DNA of 64,000 nt from contig CBDBHA010000001.1 of the NCBI GenBank assembly GCA_965205495.1, positions 264,091-328,090 on the forward strand, in the 5' to 3' direction. The stretch is from Dehalococcoidia bacterium (GTDB lineage Bacteria > Chloroflexota > Dehalococcoidia > Lucifugimonadales > UBA3495). Shown here piece by piece: positions 51,101-58,637 of the stretch. Made by a program: the position numbers and the translations under genes. Under the pieces are notes generated by a model, which did no database searches, was not told the DNA's origin, and saw only the letters and a list, made by a program, of their open reading frames with translations. Each line of letters starts with the position of its first letter. Position 1 is the first letter of the stretch.

Positions 51101-52296
51101 AAACCCAGGCGTTGGAGCGGGGAACCTACTATTGGCGGGTGCAGGCGGTGGACCAGGCCGGCAACGAAGGGCCTTACTCCCCCGTGTTCGAGATGAATTC
51201 CGGCCTCGTTCCGGTGTGGTTGTTTTCGGTAATAGTGCTGTTTGGGCTGCTGGCTTCCAGCGGGGGAGCATACGCGGTGTATACCAAGGTATCGCGGGCC
51301 CGTAGAGTGGTGCAAGAGCCCACGGCCTTCCCGGAATTTGTCCGGATTTCGCGCCCGGAAATCGCCGGCCCGGCCCAAACTCCGGGCCAGCCGACGTCGT
51401 CGACGCCGGCGCTGTCCGCGCCGCAGTCTCCGCCGCCCCAGGCCCAGTCTGCGCCGCCGCAGCAACCACACGCTTACCCGCCGCCGCAGTCATTCCCGCC
51501 GCAACCGGGGGCCCAACCTTCGCCGCCAAGGGGACGGCAATCAACGCCGCCCCAGAGGCCCAATCCCTTCCGGCGCGGCGGGGGCCCGCCAACGGGTGGG
51601 GTTTCTCCCGAGCAACAGGCCCGGGTCCAACTGGTGGTCGATTTTGTCCGTTCCATCCCGCTGCTGAATGTTGGTACCGACCTGCGGTGGTTGGAGGAAG
51701 TTATCGAGCCCTTCGGCGGTCCCGACCCCGGCGTGTACAGCCGGGTATTGCAGGGCGACCTGGAACCGGTGTACCAACCGGCCTGGTTACAGCATCCCAC
51801 CTACCAGCAGCTCCAGGGCGAACCTTCGGCAACGCCATTCGTGGACGGGTTGGAGACCTATATCGAGGCGGTCAACGACTGCGCCGCCTTCACGTTGATC
51901 GTCCTGCGGCGGATTTCCCAGGACCTGGGCTCCACCGGGCCCTCCGACGCCATGGCCCTCTACGAGTGGCCCTTCGTCCTGTCGGTGGGGCAGAGCGTGG
52001 TCGCGTGGTTCCGGGGGACATACCTGGCGCAACCCTCGGCGCGGGACTACCTGCTCCAGCCGATGGCCGACGGGTCTTCGTTGGCGGCCCTTTACGGCGC
52101 GGCCAACGCTCCCTTCGCCGGGTTGATTGCCGAAGGGATGCCCGAAGAAGACTTGCTGTTCGTTCGGGACCTGCACATCCAACTGCGGAACACGTACCGG
52201 GCGGACGACGATGCCCGCGCGGTGGCGGCCAAGTTGACGTCCATTGAGTCCTTGCGGGAGCAGATTCAGCGGAATATTGGGCAGATGGGCGGCTAA
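48199..52296 (+). CDS. Giant type-I membrane protein: signal peptide, about 10 IPT/TIG-like repeats, FN3-like module, TM helix, Pro/Gln-rich linker and an unknown cytoplasmic domain
   Basis: 1365 aa. Recurrent G.PG..V.V.G.GF...E.......G pattern. TM VWLFSVIVLFGLLASSGGAYAVY. PPQ-rich segment. C-terminal domain of about 250 aa with no recognisable motif. Start codon uncertain (TTG 48199 or GTG 48202). Confidence 0.7.
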   Translation: MVFCNCLFHRVARPWPAALFAAFLLLPLLGLVSFNPSPVEAVTGTFDVTPTSGPPGTRVSINGSGFGNNTSLTIKFGSDNRTVSSFGRSGARGDIQGRVYIPDLPRGSITITIAGSNTVTTGNTDEGTQITRQEQYTGSAGFRVEPKAEISSTTGPVGHSVTVSGRGFDAGERPSVKFDGKVVATPNPRDNGKLPSVAFQVPAVPAGDYEITVGDVDAGTFTVTSQFTVIPQRGPPGTTIQVSGTGYMSGGTVTMMIDNEHLDPLRADQHGVLTGSVQIPVLSGGRKIITATATAAGSVQATFEVTPTLVIEPENATPGALVHVSGTAFRANETGIQVKFNTTTVASGIAADDKGVWSADFTVPATTSGRHNVTATGSSTKSRVPTRRLTVGSGIRLETPSGPPGTLIVIHGSGVRANESMAIDVGGGLAVAETTAGASGTWRLEIPAPAAPRGPLTISAKGVTGEANTVVFNITSRIEISASQGQPGSTVTVTGDGFTANKAGIPILFYSEIVASANADSQGSFTANITIPAVPRGSYPVRVSGSSADLQATYSVSAALSVNVQEAATGDPVTVSGDGFAANETGIVIKLGETTAAQGIAANASGSWTNTFHLPPLPANTYNLTVAGTQTGNGQVPVLALKTLSRAIVTPASGIIGSTATVTGQGFSASDQTITLAYDGVTVVTGIAADPTGGFSVSFQVPLSAGGDHVVEVFGANQVTSTRAGFEVIPSVALGEDTGIAADPVTLLGYGFGANENNIQLSFGSVLVDDGVTADASGHFEAEFQIPSAPAGKYAVNAVGSTGNAAVPAPDSFEVKSNISLSESAGHVGMTLQLQGTGFSPQSNIAVAFGTLIQETILSDETGGFIWQVTAPMSAGGEHPISAQDNRGNRLQVPFALETDPPAAPALRSPDNGSRSGFFGGFQPVTRWTPVEDPSGVTYNLQVADDAEFFDPIVEQKGLANPTYPFTETQALERGTYYWRVQAVDQAGNEGPYSPVFEMNSGLVPVWLFSVIVLFGLLASSGGAYAVYTKVSRARRVVQEPTAFPEFVRISRPEIAGPAQTPGQPTSSTPALSAPQSPPPQAQSAPPQQPHAYPPPQSFPPQPGAQPSPPRGRQSTPPQRPNPFRRGGGPPTGGVSPEQQARVQLVVDFVRSIPLLNVGTDLRWLEEVIEPFGGPDPGVYSRVLQGDLEPVYQPAWLQHPTYQQLQGEPSATPFVDGLETYIEAVNDCAAFTLIVLRRISQDLGSTGPSDAMALYEWPFVLSVGQSVVAWFRGTYLAQPSARDYLLQPMADGSSLAALYGAANAPFAGLIAEGMPEEDLLFVRDLHIQLRNTYRADDDARAVAAKLTSIESLREQIQRNIGQMGG

Positions 52297-52327
52297 GGAA
52301 GCCGCCCGCCCGGGCCTCGGACGTTGG

Positions 52328-52370
52328 AAAGCCCCGTCTCTTGCCGGCAGGAGACGGGGCTTTGATTTGC
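52328..52370. terminator. Bidirectional intrinsic terminator
   Basis: aaagccccgtctc-ttgccggcag-gagacggggcttt, then gatttg. Confidence 0.75.
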
Positions 52371-52389
52371 CTCGGCAGGGTTTAAAGGT

Positions 52390-53097
52390 TTAGGCGAAAA
52401 TCCCCAGGGGGTTGAAGGAACTGGGGACATCGGTTACGTCCATTTGGTCCTTCCGCTTCATGTAGCCCACCACCAGGTACGTGAGGGGGGTGGCCAACGT
52501 CTCGTAGACGATCTTGGTAATCCACTGGGCCACGGCCGCGGCGAACAAACTGGTGCCGCTCCAATCGCCGCCGACCCCGAAGGCGATGTAGATGAAGATG
52601 AAGGAGTCCAACCCCTGGCCGACGACCGTGGAGCCGATGGTGCGGACCCAGAGGTACCTGCTTTGCATCTTGTATTTGAGGAGGGCCAGGATGGTGGAGT
52701 TGGAGAACTCGCCGATCAGGTAGGCGACGAAGGAGGCCAGGAGAATCCAGGGGAGTTGCCCGAGGATGGTGTCGTAGGCGCCCTGGTTTTCCCAAAACCC
52801 GGCGGCGGGAATCAGGCCGGTTATCAACAAGCCGATGACCACCAGCAGGTTGGCCCCGAAGCCCAGCCAGATGACGCCCCGGGCGATGCGGAAGCCGTAA
52901 ACCTCGGTCAGCACGTCGCCGACGATATAGCTGATGGGGAAGATAATAATGGAAGCGGGGAGGATAACCGAAGCGCTGCCCAGGAACTCGAAGGGCAGGG
53001 TGAGGAGCTGAATGGGCTTGACCGCAATGATGTTGGACAGGATGAGGACCGTGATGAAGAGGGCAACGATGATGATGAAATTTCCCGAGAAACGCAT
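52390..53097 (-). CDS. yhhQ: Queuosine-precursor transporter (YhhQ/DUF165 family)
   Basis: 235 aa. SNIIAVK, FPISYIVGDVLTEVYG. 3 nt downstream of queF. Confidence 0.8.
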   Translation of the reverse strand: MRFSGNFIIIVALFITVLILSNIIAVKPIQLLTLPFEFLGSASVILPASIIIFPISYIVGDVLTEVYGFRIARGVIWLGFGANLLVVIGLLITGLIPAAGFWENQGAYDTILGQLPWILLASFVAYLIGEFSNSTILALLKYKMQSRYLWVRTIGSTVVGQGLDSFIFIYIAFGVGGDWSGTSLFAAAVAQWITKIVYETLATPLTYLVVGYMKRKDQMDVTDVPSSFNPLGIFA

Positions 53098-53100
53098 TAG

Positions 53101-53535
53101 CTAGTCACCTTCCTGCCGGTACTGGGTCGAAACCGAAGTGTGAATGCCGCCGCGGACCTTGTAGTCCAGCGTCACCTTCATGCGGCGGGGCTGGCACAGG
53201 GCTACGAGGTCGTCCAGGATGCGGGTTGCGGCGTGTTCCTGGACGATGCCCACATCGCGGTAGGACAAGAGGTAATACTTCAGGGACTTGAGCTCGATGC
53301 AGCTATGGGCGGGAACGTAGCTGATGTAAAGGACGCCGTAGTCGGGCAGGCCGGTCCAGGGACAAACGGCGGTGAATTCGTCGGTGTCGATGGCAACCTC
53401 GGCTTCCTGGTGGGGGTATTCGTACTCGAAGGCCAGGAGGCACCCGGCGTCGATGGCGGACTCGTCCTTCCATTCCAGTTGTTGGTCCAGGTCGCGGTAG
53501 CGTTGTTGGAGTTCAGGGATGGTGGCCACTGGCAC
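53101..53535 (-). CDS. queF: NADPH-dependent 7-cyano-7-deazaguanine reductase
   Basis: 144 aa. EFTAVCPWTGLPDYG and IELKSLKYYLLSYR..QEH motifs. GTG start (53535 or 53529) next to GAGGAGG. Confidence 0.85.
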   Translation of the reverse strand: MPVATIPELQQRYRDLDQQLEWKDESAIDAGCLLAFEYEYPHQEAEVAIDTDEFTAVCPWTGLPDYGVLYISYVPAHSCIELKSLKYYLLSYRDVGIVQEHAATRILDDLVALCQPRRMKVTLDYKVRGGIHTSVSTQYRQEGD

Positions 53536-53561
53536 CTCCTCAGTCTCGGATTAGTGACAAT

Positions 53562-53591
53562 ATGATAGGTTGCGTTTCCGGGCGGTGTCAA
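53562..53591 (-). promoter_or_regulatory. Candidate sigma70-type promoter for queF-yhhQ
   Basis: On the minus strand: TTGACA (53591-53586), 18-nt spacer, TATCAT (53567-53562). Confidence 0.5.
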
Positions 53592-53599
53592 AGCGGCGG

Positions 53600-54130
53600 G
53601 GGGTGGTTCGACAGATTTTCACGGAGGCCGTTCCGACCCTCCCGCCTGTCATTCCGAACCGTAGGGAGGAATCTAAAATGGTCAGGGAGAAACCAACGTT
53701 CGGAATGGCTGGGATTCCTGGATTCCCGCCTGCGCGGGAATGACGGTGGGTGTTGGTAGGGACTTTGCAATTGTCCCAGGGTCTTTTGATTGTGGTTGTT
53801 GGGAGGTTGGGAGGACGATTGCGGGGGCAAACTGGCTGGGGGCGGGGGATTTTAGATTCCTCCCTACGGTTCGGAATGACAGGTGGGGGGTTCGGAATGA
53901 CAGCTTGGGGGGTTCGGAATGACAGGTAGGGGGGTTCGGAATGACAGGTAGGGGGGGTCGGAATGACAGGTAGGGGGCCGGAATCCAGAATGGTCAGGGA
54001 GGGACCAGCGTTCGAAATGCCCCGGATTCCTGGATTCCCGCCTGCGCGGGAATGACGGTGGGTGTGCGCGGGAATGACGATGGGTGTTGGTGGGGACTTT
54101 GCAATTGTCCTGGGGCGTTTGCCGCTGCAC
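53600..54130. repeat. Dense repeat cluster of about 530 bp. It holds hairpin modules, one R115 copy and five tandem 22-nt GGTTCGGAATGACAGGTAGGGG units (53868-53977)
   Basis: Reverse unit at 53625-53680. ggattcccgcctgcgcgggaatgacgg at 53715 and 54030 (duplicated). R115 from 53777. Tandem units read directly from the sequence. Confidence 0.85.
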
Positions 54131-54206
54131 TTGGTTTTTGCTAGACTAGCCCGGTTCCCGCAGCCAAGTTTGGGGAACGCCCCAACCTGAACCGAGAGGA
54201 GCCATA

Positions 54207-54821
54207 ATGATTTACGAAGTACGGACGTACACCTTGAAGCCCGGCGGAACGGCCCAGTTCGAGGCCAACTTCGCCGAGGCGTTGCCCCACCGCGTAAAGT
54301 ACTCCCCGTTGGGAGCCTTCTGGCACACCGACATCGGCCCGTTGAACCAGGTCATCCACGTCTGGCCCTACGAGGACCTGGACGAGCGCACCCGCATCCG
54401 CGAAGAGGCCGCCAAAGACCCCAATTGGCCCCCCCGGAGCGACGGACTGATTTTGAACATGGAGTCGGAGATTTTCATTCCGGCCGACTTCATGCGGCCC
54501 ATGGGCGACCGGGCCCTGGGCAACGTCTATGAAATGCGGAGCTACACCTACCAGCCTGGCACCATGGGCGAGGTCCTCAAGCGCTGGGCCGCCGCCGTTC
54601 CTCACCGGGAAGAGTATTCTCCCCTGGCCGCCGGCATGTATACCGAGCTGGGCGGACTGAACAAGTGGGTCCATATCTGGCCCTACAAGGACCTGGAAGA
54701 GCGCAACCAGATCCGTGAAGAGGCCAGCAAGAACGAGCATTGGCCGCCGCCGACCCGGGAGTTCCTGGTTAAGCAGGAGAACAAGATCATGATGCCCGCC
54801 GCCTTCTCCCCCATGCACTAG
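54207..54821 (+). CDS. NIPSNAP-family protein (two NIPSNAP repeats)
   Basis: MIYEVRTYTLKPG..VWPYEDLDER and a second YEMRSYTYQPG..IWPYKDLEER. Confidence 0.8.
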   Translation: MIYEVRTYTLKPGGTAQFEANFAEALPHRVKYSPLGAFWHTDIGPLNQVIHVWPYEDLDERTRIREEAAKDPNWPPRSDGLILNMESEIFIPADFMRPMGDRALGNVYEMRSYTYQPGTMGEVLKRWAAAVPHREEYSPLAAGMYTELGGLNKWVHIWPYKDLEERNQIREEASKNEHWPPPTREFLVKQENKIMMPAAFSPMH

Positions 54822-54861
54822 ACCCAAAAGGCGGGTTTTCCAGCGTTCCACGGCAGAATTC

Positions 54862-54887
54862 AAGAGGGCGGGGCAACCTGCCCTCTT
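54862..54887 (+). terminator. Hairpin downstream of the NIPSNAP gene
   Basis: aagagggc-ggggcaacct-gccctctt, 8-bp stem. Weak U-tract. Confidence 0.35.
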
Positions 54888-54902
54888 GTCCCATTAGCGA
54901 GG

Positions 54903-55319
54903 GTGCGTATGCAATCAGACCTTCCGGCAGATCTTCCCGACAACGAGGCCGTGAAAGCGGCCAACGAGCGATTTTACCAAGCCTTCGGCGCGTTGGACCT
55001 GGACGGAATGGCCGCCGCGTGGGACAACTCGGAAGAGGCGATGTGCGTCCATCCCGGCTGGTCTCCGCTGGTGGGGTGGGGCCGCATTGAGGAAAGCTGG
55101 CAGGGCATCTTCGACCACGCCACCCTAATGCACTTCAACGTGCAGTACGTCAACGTGGTGGTCAAGGGCGACACCGGCTGGGTTACCTGCGTTGAGAACA
55201 TCACCAGCGTCCTGCAAGGCCGGGCCAACAACTTCGGCGTTTTGGCGACCAACATCTTTCTACGCACCGCCGACGGCTGGCGCATGACCGCCCACCACGC
55301 CTCGCCCCGTTTGCAATAG
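54903..55319 (+). CDS. SnoaL/NTF2-like (DUF4440-type) protein
   Basis: 138 aa. AANERFYQAF..D.DGM..W ... W..T.HH pattern. Confidence 0.6.
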   Translation: MRMQSDLPADLPDNEAVKAANERFYQAFGALDLDGMAAAWDNSEEAMCVHPGWSPLVGWGRIEESWQGIFDHATLMHFNVQYVNVVVKGDTGWVTCVENITSVLQGRANNFGVLATNIFLRTADGWRMTAHHASPRLQ

Positions 55320-55346
55320 TCCCGTCTTTGCTTCTCTCCGTCCGGC

Positions 55347-55457
55347 CTGGGGCTTTTTTTTGATGTTGGGGGGAGTTTGGGACGATGAATCAGGGGGCGA
55401 AACGGCTGGGGGCGATGGATTTTAGATTCCTCCCTACGGTTCGGAATGACAGGTAGG
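55347..55457 (+). repeat. R115 repeat copy
   Basis: ctggggcttttttttgatgttggggggagtttgggacgatgaatcagggggcgaaacggctgggggcgatggattttagattcctccctacggttcggaatgacagg. Confidence 0.85.
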
Positions 55458-55484
55458 GAATGAATTCCAGCGAGGACTTTACCC

Positions 55485-56720
55485 ATGACCACCGACGCTT
55501 CCGGTCTATCCCGGACCGACAAGAACCTGTGGGACGCCATCGTTGGGGAGGCTCTGGCCTACCTGCAATACAACGCCTTCGCCCACCGGGCCCTGGAAGA
55601 GGGGCACCCCGAGGTGGCGCAGGTGTTCCAGGAAGTGGCCGGCGCCGAGACCATCCACGGGATGAACCACCTTCGGGTGGCGGGTTCCATCGGCAGCACG
55701 GCGGAGAATCTAAGGAAAGTGACCGCCGGGGAGGTCAAGGAATTCAGCGCCTCCTACCCGAGAATGGTCCAGGCCGCCCTGAGCGACGGACGGCAGGACG
55801 CGGCGGATTCCTTCGGCCTGGCGCTGGAGCGGGAACGCCACCACCAGGAGGTGTTCTCCCGGGCGTTGGAACAGTTGCAGGAAAAGACAGGGGCCCAGGT
55901 TGCTGCTGAAACCCGGTCAACACCTACTCCCGCCGGCGGCCCCACGCCTTTGTCGGCGCGGCTGCCTTCCGGGTCGGGGCTGGGGAGCCTGGACTTGCAG
56001 ACCTACACCGCCGCGGTGATGGAGGTGGACCGGGAACGGTTCCGGGTCGCCAACCTGGGGCGGCTGCGGGAAGTGGTCTTCGGTGCCCAGGACGGGATTT
56101 TGAGCACCGTTGCGCTGGTGACATCGGTGGCGGTGGCGGTGGGCAGCAACTCGACGGTGCTGGTGGCGGGATTGGCGGCGGCCCTGGCGGGGATGGTCTC
56201 CATGGCCACCGGCGCGTATCTGGGGTCGCGGGCGGAACAGGACGTGCAACGGGCCGAGATAGCCCGGGAGGCGCGGGAGTTGGAGGAGTCCCCGGAAGAG
56301 GAGTTCGCCGAATTGGTGGTGGTGTTCCAACGGGAGGGCCGGACCTACGAAGAAGCCCGGCAGTTGGCGGACGAAATTGCCCAGGACAAGGAGCTTTGGC
56401 TCAACACGCTGGTGGAAAAAGAGTTGGGAATCAGCGCGCGGGATACGTCTAACCCAGTCAACGACGCGCTGGTGATGGGGGCGTCGTTCATATTGGCGGC
56501 GGCCATTCCCATAGTGCCTTATTTTTTCCTGGTGGGCTGGTCCGCCATCGGAATCTCGGTGGCGGCGGGCCTGGCGGGGCTGTTTGTATTGGGCGTGGGG
56601 AAGGGGCGGTTGGTGCAACGGTCGCCGCTGCTGCAAGGGTTGGAGATATTGGGGATTGGGGCGGTATCGGCGGGAATCGGGTTTCTGTTGGGGGACGGAA
56701 TCCCCCGTCTGGTTACCTGA
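55485..56720 (+). CDS. Rubrerythrin/ferritin-like domain fused to a VIT1/CCC1-family iron transporter
   Basis: N-terminal GEALAYLQYNAF..E..H..H. C-terminal VFGAQDGILSTVALV and a five-TM VIT1 pattern. Confidence 0.75.
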   Translation: MTTDASGLSRTDKNLWDAIVGEALAYLQYNAFAHRALEEGHPEVAQVFQEVAGAETIHGMNHLRVAGSIGSTAENLRKVTAGEVKEFSASYPRMVQAALSDGRQDAADSFGLALERERHHQEVFSRALEQLQEKTGAQVAAETRSTPTPAGGPTPLSARLPSGSGLGSLDLQTYTAAVMEVDRERFRVANLGRLREVVFGAQDGILSTVALVTSVAVAVGSNSTVLVAGLAAALAGMVSMATGAYLGSRAEQDVQRAEIAREARELEESPEEEFAELVVVFQREGRTYEEARQLADEIAQDKELWLNTLVEKELGISARDTSNPVNDALVMGASFILAAAIPIVPYFFLVGWSAIGISVAAGLAGLFVLGVGKGRLVQRSPLLQGLEILGIGAVSAGIGFLLGDGIPRLVT

Positions 56721-56733
56721 TTTAGCCTTTTTC

Positions 56734-57636
56734 TTAACCCACCCGGGCGTAGTGCTCTCGAACCGCCGTCAGGAAGTCCGCCGGGTTGTCTCCCGCGACC
56801 AGGTGTCCCGCCCGGGGGACCGTGGTGATGGAGCAATTGGGGATGACTTCCCGCATCTTCTGCATGGTCTCGTCGGCGAAGATGTCGCTGTCGCCGCCGC
56901 GCACCACCAGGGTGGGGCAGTCGATCTTGGATACCGCTTCCCAAAGCTGTTCGGCGGACCATTGGGGCGAGTTCTGGCCTGGAGTCCGCAGGAGCTTGTC
57001 GTACTTCCAGGTCCAGACGCCGTCGGGCCGTTCGCGGATGCTGTACTTCAGCGCGCCCAGGGTCTGCTCCCGGGTGCGGCCGGTGTATTCCTGGACCCGG
57101 TCGGCGAATTCCTCAAAGGAGTGGAGCTCGTCGGGCAGCTCCCGGAAGTTTTGGATGCGGTTGCGGCCCCGGGGCTGGGACACCGGGCCGGTGTCGACGA
57201 TGACGAGGGACTTGAGGGTGTTGGGGTGGCGGGAGGCCCAAACGTAGCTGTTGCGGCCTCCCATGGAATGGCCGATGAGGTGGAAGCCGGTCAATCCCAG
57301 GGCATCCACGAAACCGTCGATGTCCTGCTGGTGGGCCTCTAAGGAGTAGTCGCCCTGGGGGGCCCAATCGCTGTCGCCGTGGCCCCGCTGGTCCAGGGCG
57401 ATGATGTGGTAGTCGACCGAGAGAGAGAGGCTGACGAAGTCCCAGCTATGGGCCTGCTGGGAGCCGCCGTGGAACATAACCACCAGGGGGTTGGAAGAGT
57501 GGCCCCACTCCAGGTAGTGGAAATTCATTCCGTTGACCTGCACCTGCCGGTCCACCGGCTCGTTTTCGACGGTGAAGGGGACACCCTTCTGGCGGGCCGC
57601 TTCATGCAGGGTGAAACCGAGGGAATGAGAAGCCAT
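56734..57636 (-). CDS. Alpha/beta-fold hydrolase
   Basis: MFHGGSQQAHSW, nucleophile elbow GHSMGG, C-terminal AGHLV. Start with AGGAGG 6 nt upstream. Confidence 0.8.
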   Translation of the reverse strand: MASHSLGFTLHEAARQKGVPFTVENEPVDRQVQVNGMNFHYLEWGHSSNPLVVMFHGGSQQAHSWDFVSLSLSVDYHIIALDQRGHGDSDWAPQGDYSLEAHQQDIDGFVDALGLTGFHLIGHSMGGRNSYVWASRHPNTLKSLVIVDTGPVSQPRGRNRIQNFRELPDELHSFEEFADRVQEYTGRTREQTLGALKYSIRERPDGVWTWKYDKLLRTPGQNSPQWSAEQLWEAVSKIDCPTLVVRGGDSDIFADETMQKMREVIPNCSITTVPRAGHLVAGDNPADFLTAVREHYARVG

Positions 57637-57699
57637 TGGGGACCTCCTGGCGGGCTGGAAATTCAACCCCATGATAACGCAAGTGTCAAGGAAACCGGG

Positions 57700-58170
57700 G
57701 TGGAAAACGGGTTTTTTGGGTTTCCCCCCGACCCCTCCCTCTGTCACCCCGACCCCCCTACCTGTCATTCCGAACCCCCTCTGTCATTCCGAACCGTAGG
57801 GAGGAATCTAAAATCCATCGCTGATAGCCGGTTTGACCCTGGATTCGTCTTCGCAAACTCCCCACAACGACAATGAAAATGCCCCGCCCCGGTCAACTTA
57901 CCGGTTCCATCCCAGGGCAAACCAGGGTCTTTTGATTCTTCAGGGGAAGGCCGGTTGGCATCCCCGTAGTAACTGTGGCAAGGGCTGGATTCCGGGGTTG
58001 GGGATTGTGTTGGGCAGGGATTTTAGATTCCTCCCTACGGTTCGGAATGACAGGTAGGGGTGGTGGAATGCCCCTTCGACCGGGCTCAGGACGAACCCTC
58101 GGCGGGCTCAGGATGAGCCGGGGGCCGGAATGACGGGTTAATGTCAGGATGGCTCATCAATTCTGAACAC
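57700..58170. repeat. Repeat cluster: reverse R115 copy (about 57745-57890), further units, gctcagg repeats and a family-A TIR-like end (..tctgaacactcac at 58158-58170)
   Basis: Read directly: cctgtcattccgaaccgtagggaggaatctaaaatcc...caatgaaaatgcccc; gggattttagattcctccctacggttcggaatgacagg at 58017; cgggctcaggacgaac / cgggctcaggatgagc. Confidence 0.8.
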
Positions 58171-58217
58171 TCACTGATGGGTTTACCGAAGGTGGATGGG
58201 TCGGATAAGCTGTATCC

Positions 58218-58472
58218 ATGACAAAGCGGCTGCAAGTTCGGCTCAATGATGAAGAATACGAAGAGATCCAAGTCCTGGCCAGCCGCCGACGGATGAGCAT
58301 GGCAGAATGGGTCCGGCAAGCATTGCGTTCCGCTTTGGACGACCGGTCCGAGGCGGTGAGAACCAAGTTGTGCGCTATTGCCGAAGCGTCGCGTCACCAG
58401 TTCCCCACCGCCGATATTGACCTGATGCTTCAAGAAATCGAGACGGGCCGGCGGCTGGGTTGCGATTCATAG
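58218..58472 (+). CDS. Ribbon-helix-helix (CopG/VapB-like) antitoxin-type protein, no toxin gene adjacent
   Basis: 84 aa. MTKRLQVRLNDEEYEEIQVLASRRRMSMAEWVRQAL is a classic RHH N-terminus. Confidence 0.65.
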   Translation: MTKRLQVRLNDEEYEEIQVLASRRRMSMAEWVRQALRSALDDRSEAVRTKLCAIAEASRHQFPTADIDLMLQEIETGRRLGCDS

Positions 58473-58637
58473 GGGCGACGTTTGCCCTGGGGTAGAACGG
58501 GCAAGTTGACCGCGCGCCCCGCAGGTTTCCTTTCCCCAGGCGCGGTGCTATAGTAGACTTCGTTCAAAATTTCCCTTGGCCATATTGGCCAGCGTCACCG
58601 GTCTTTTCCCCGGTTGTACTTAAGGAGTCTTTCGTCC

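Noticed and set aside
53536-53561. preQ1 riboswitch upstream of queF-yhhQ
   Set aside because: The space between the candidate -10 box and the start codon is only about 25 nt. It shows no hairpin plus A-rich tail (..CCCUC..UAAAAAACUA-like) of preQ1-I, so there is too little room for the aptamer.
53868-53977. CRISPR array (regularly spaced 22-nt repeats)
   Set aside because: The units are directly tandem with no unique spacers. They belong to the dispersed GGAATGACAG repeat family, and no cas genes or leader are present.
53864-54130. ORFs encoded inside repeat clusters (for example 53864..54130-, 57833..58057+, 4579..4869-, 23246..23428+)
   Set aside because: Their translations (..PTCHSDPPYLSFRT.., FRFLPTVRNDR, PGNYTVRGEL repeated) merely spell out the dispersed repeats. 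The same peptides recur wherever the repeat occurs, in both orientations.
55340-55356. T8 run after the SnoaL-like gene as an intrinsic terminator
   Set aside because: The T-run aligns with the cttttSatt head of the R115 repeat (copy 55347-55457). The preceding sequence forms no convincing stem.
58500-58560. Ribosomal-protein leader or attenuator hairpin upstream of rplY (accgcgc..26 nt..gcgcggt next to TATAGT)
   Set aside because: The stem is only 7 bp with a large loop. No known L25 leader motif comes to mind, and the -35 element for the TATAGT box is weak. This is insufficient evidence.
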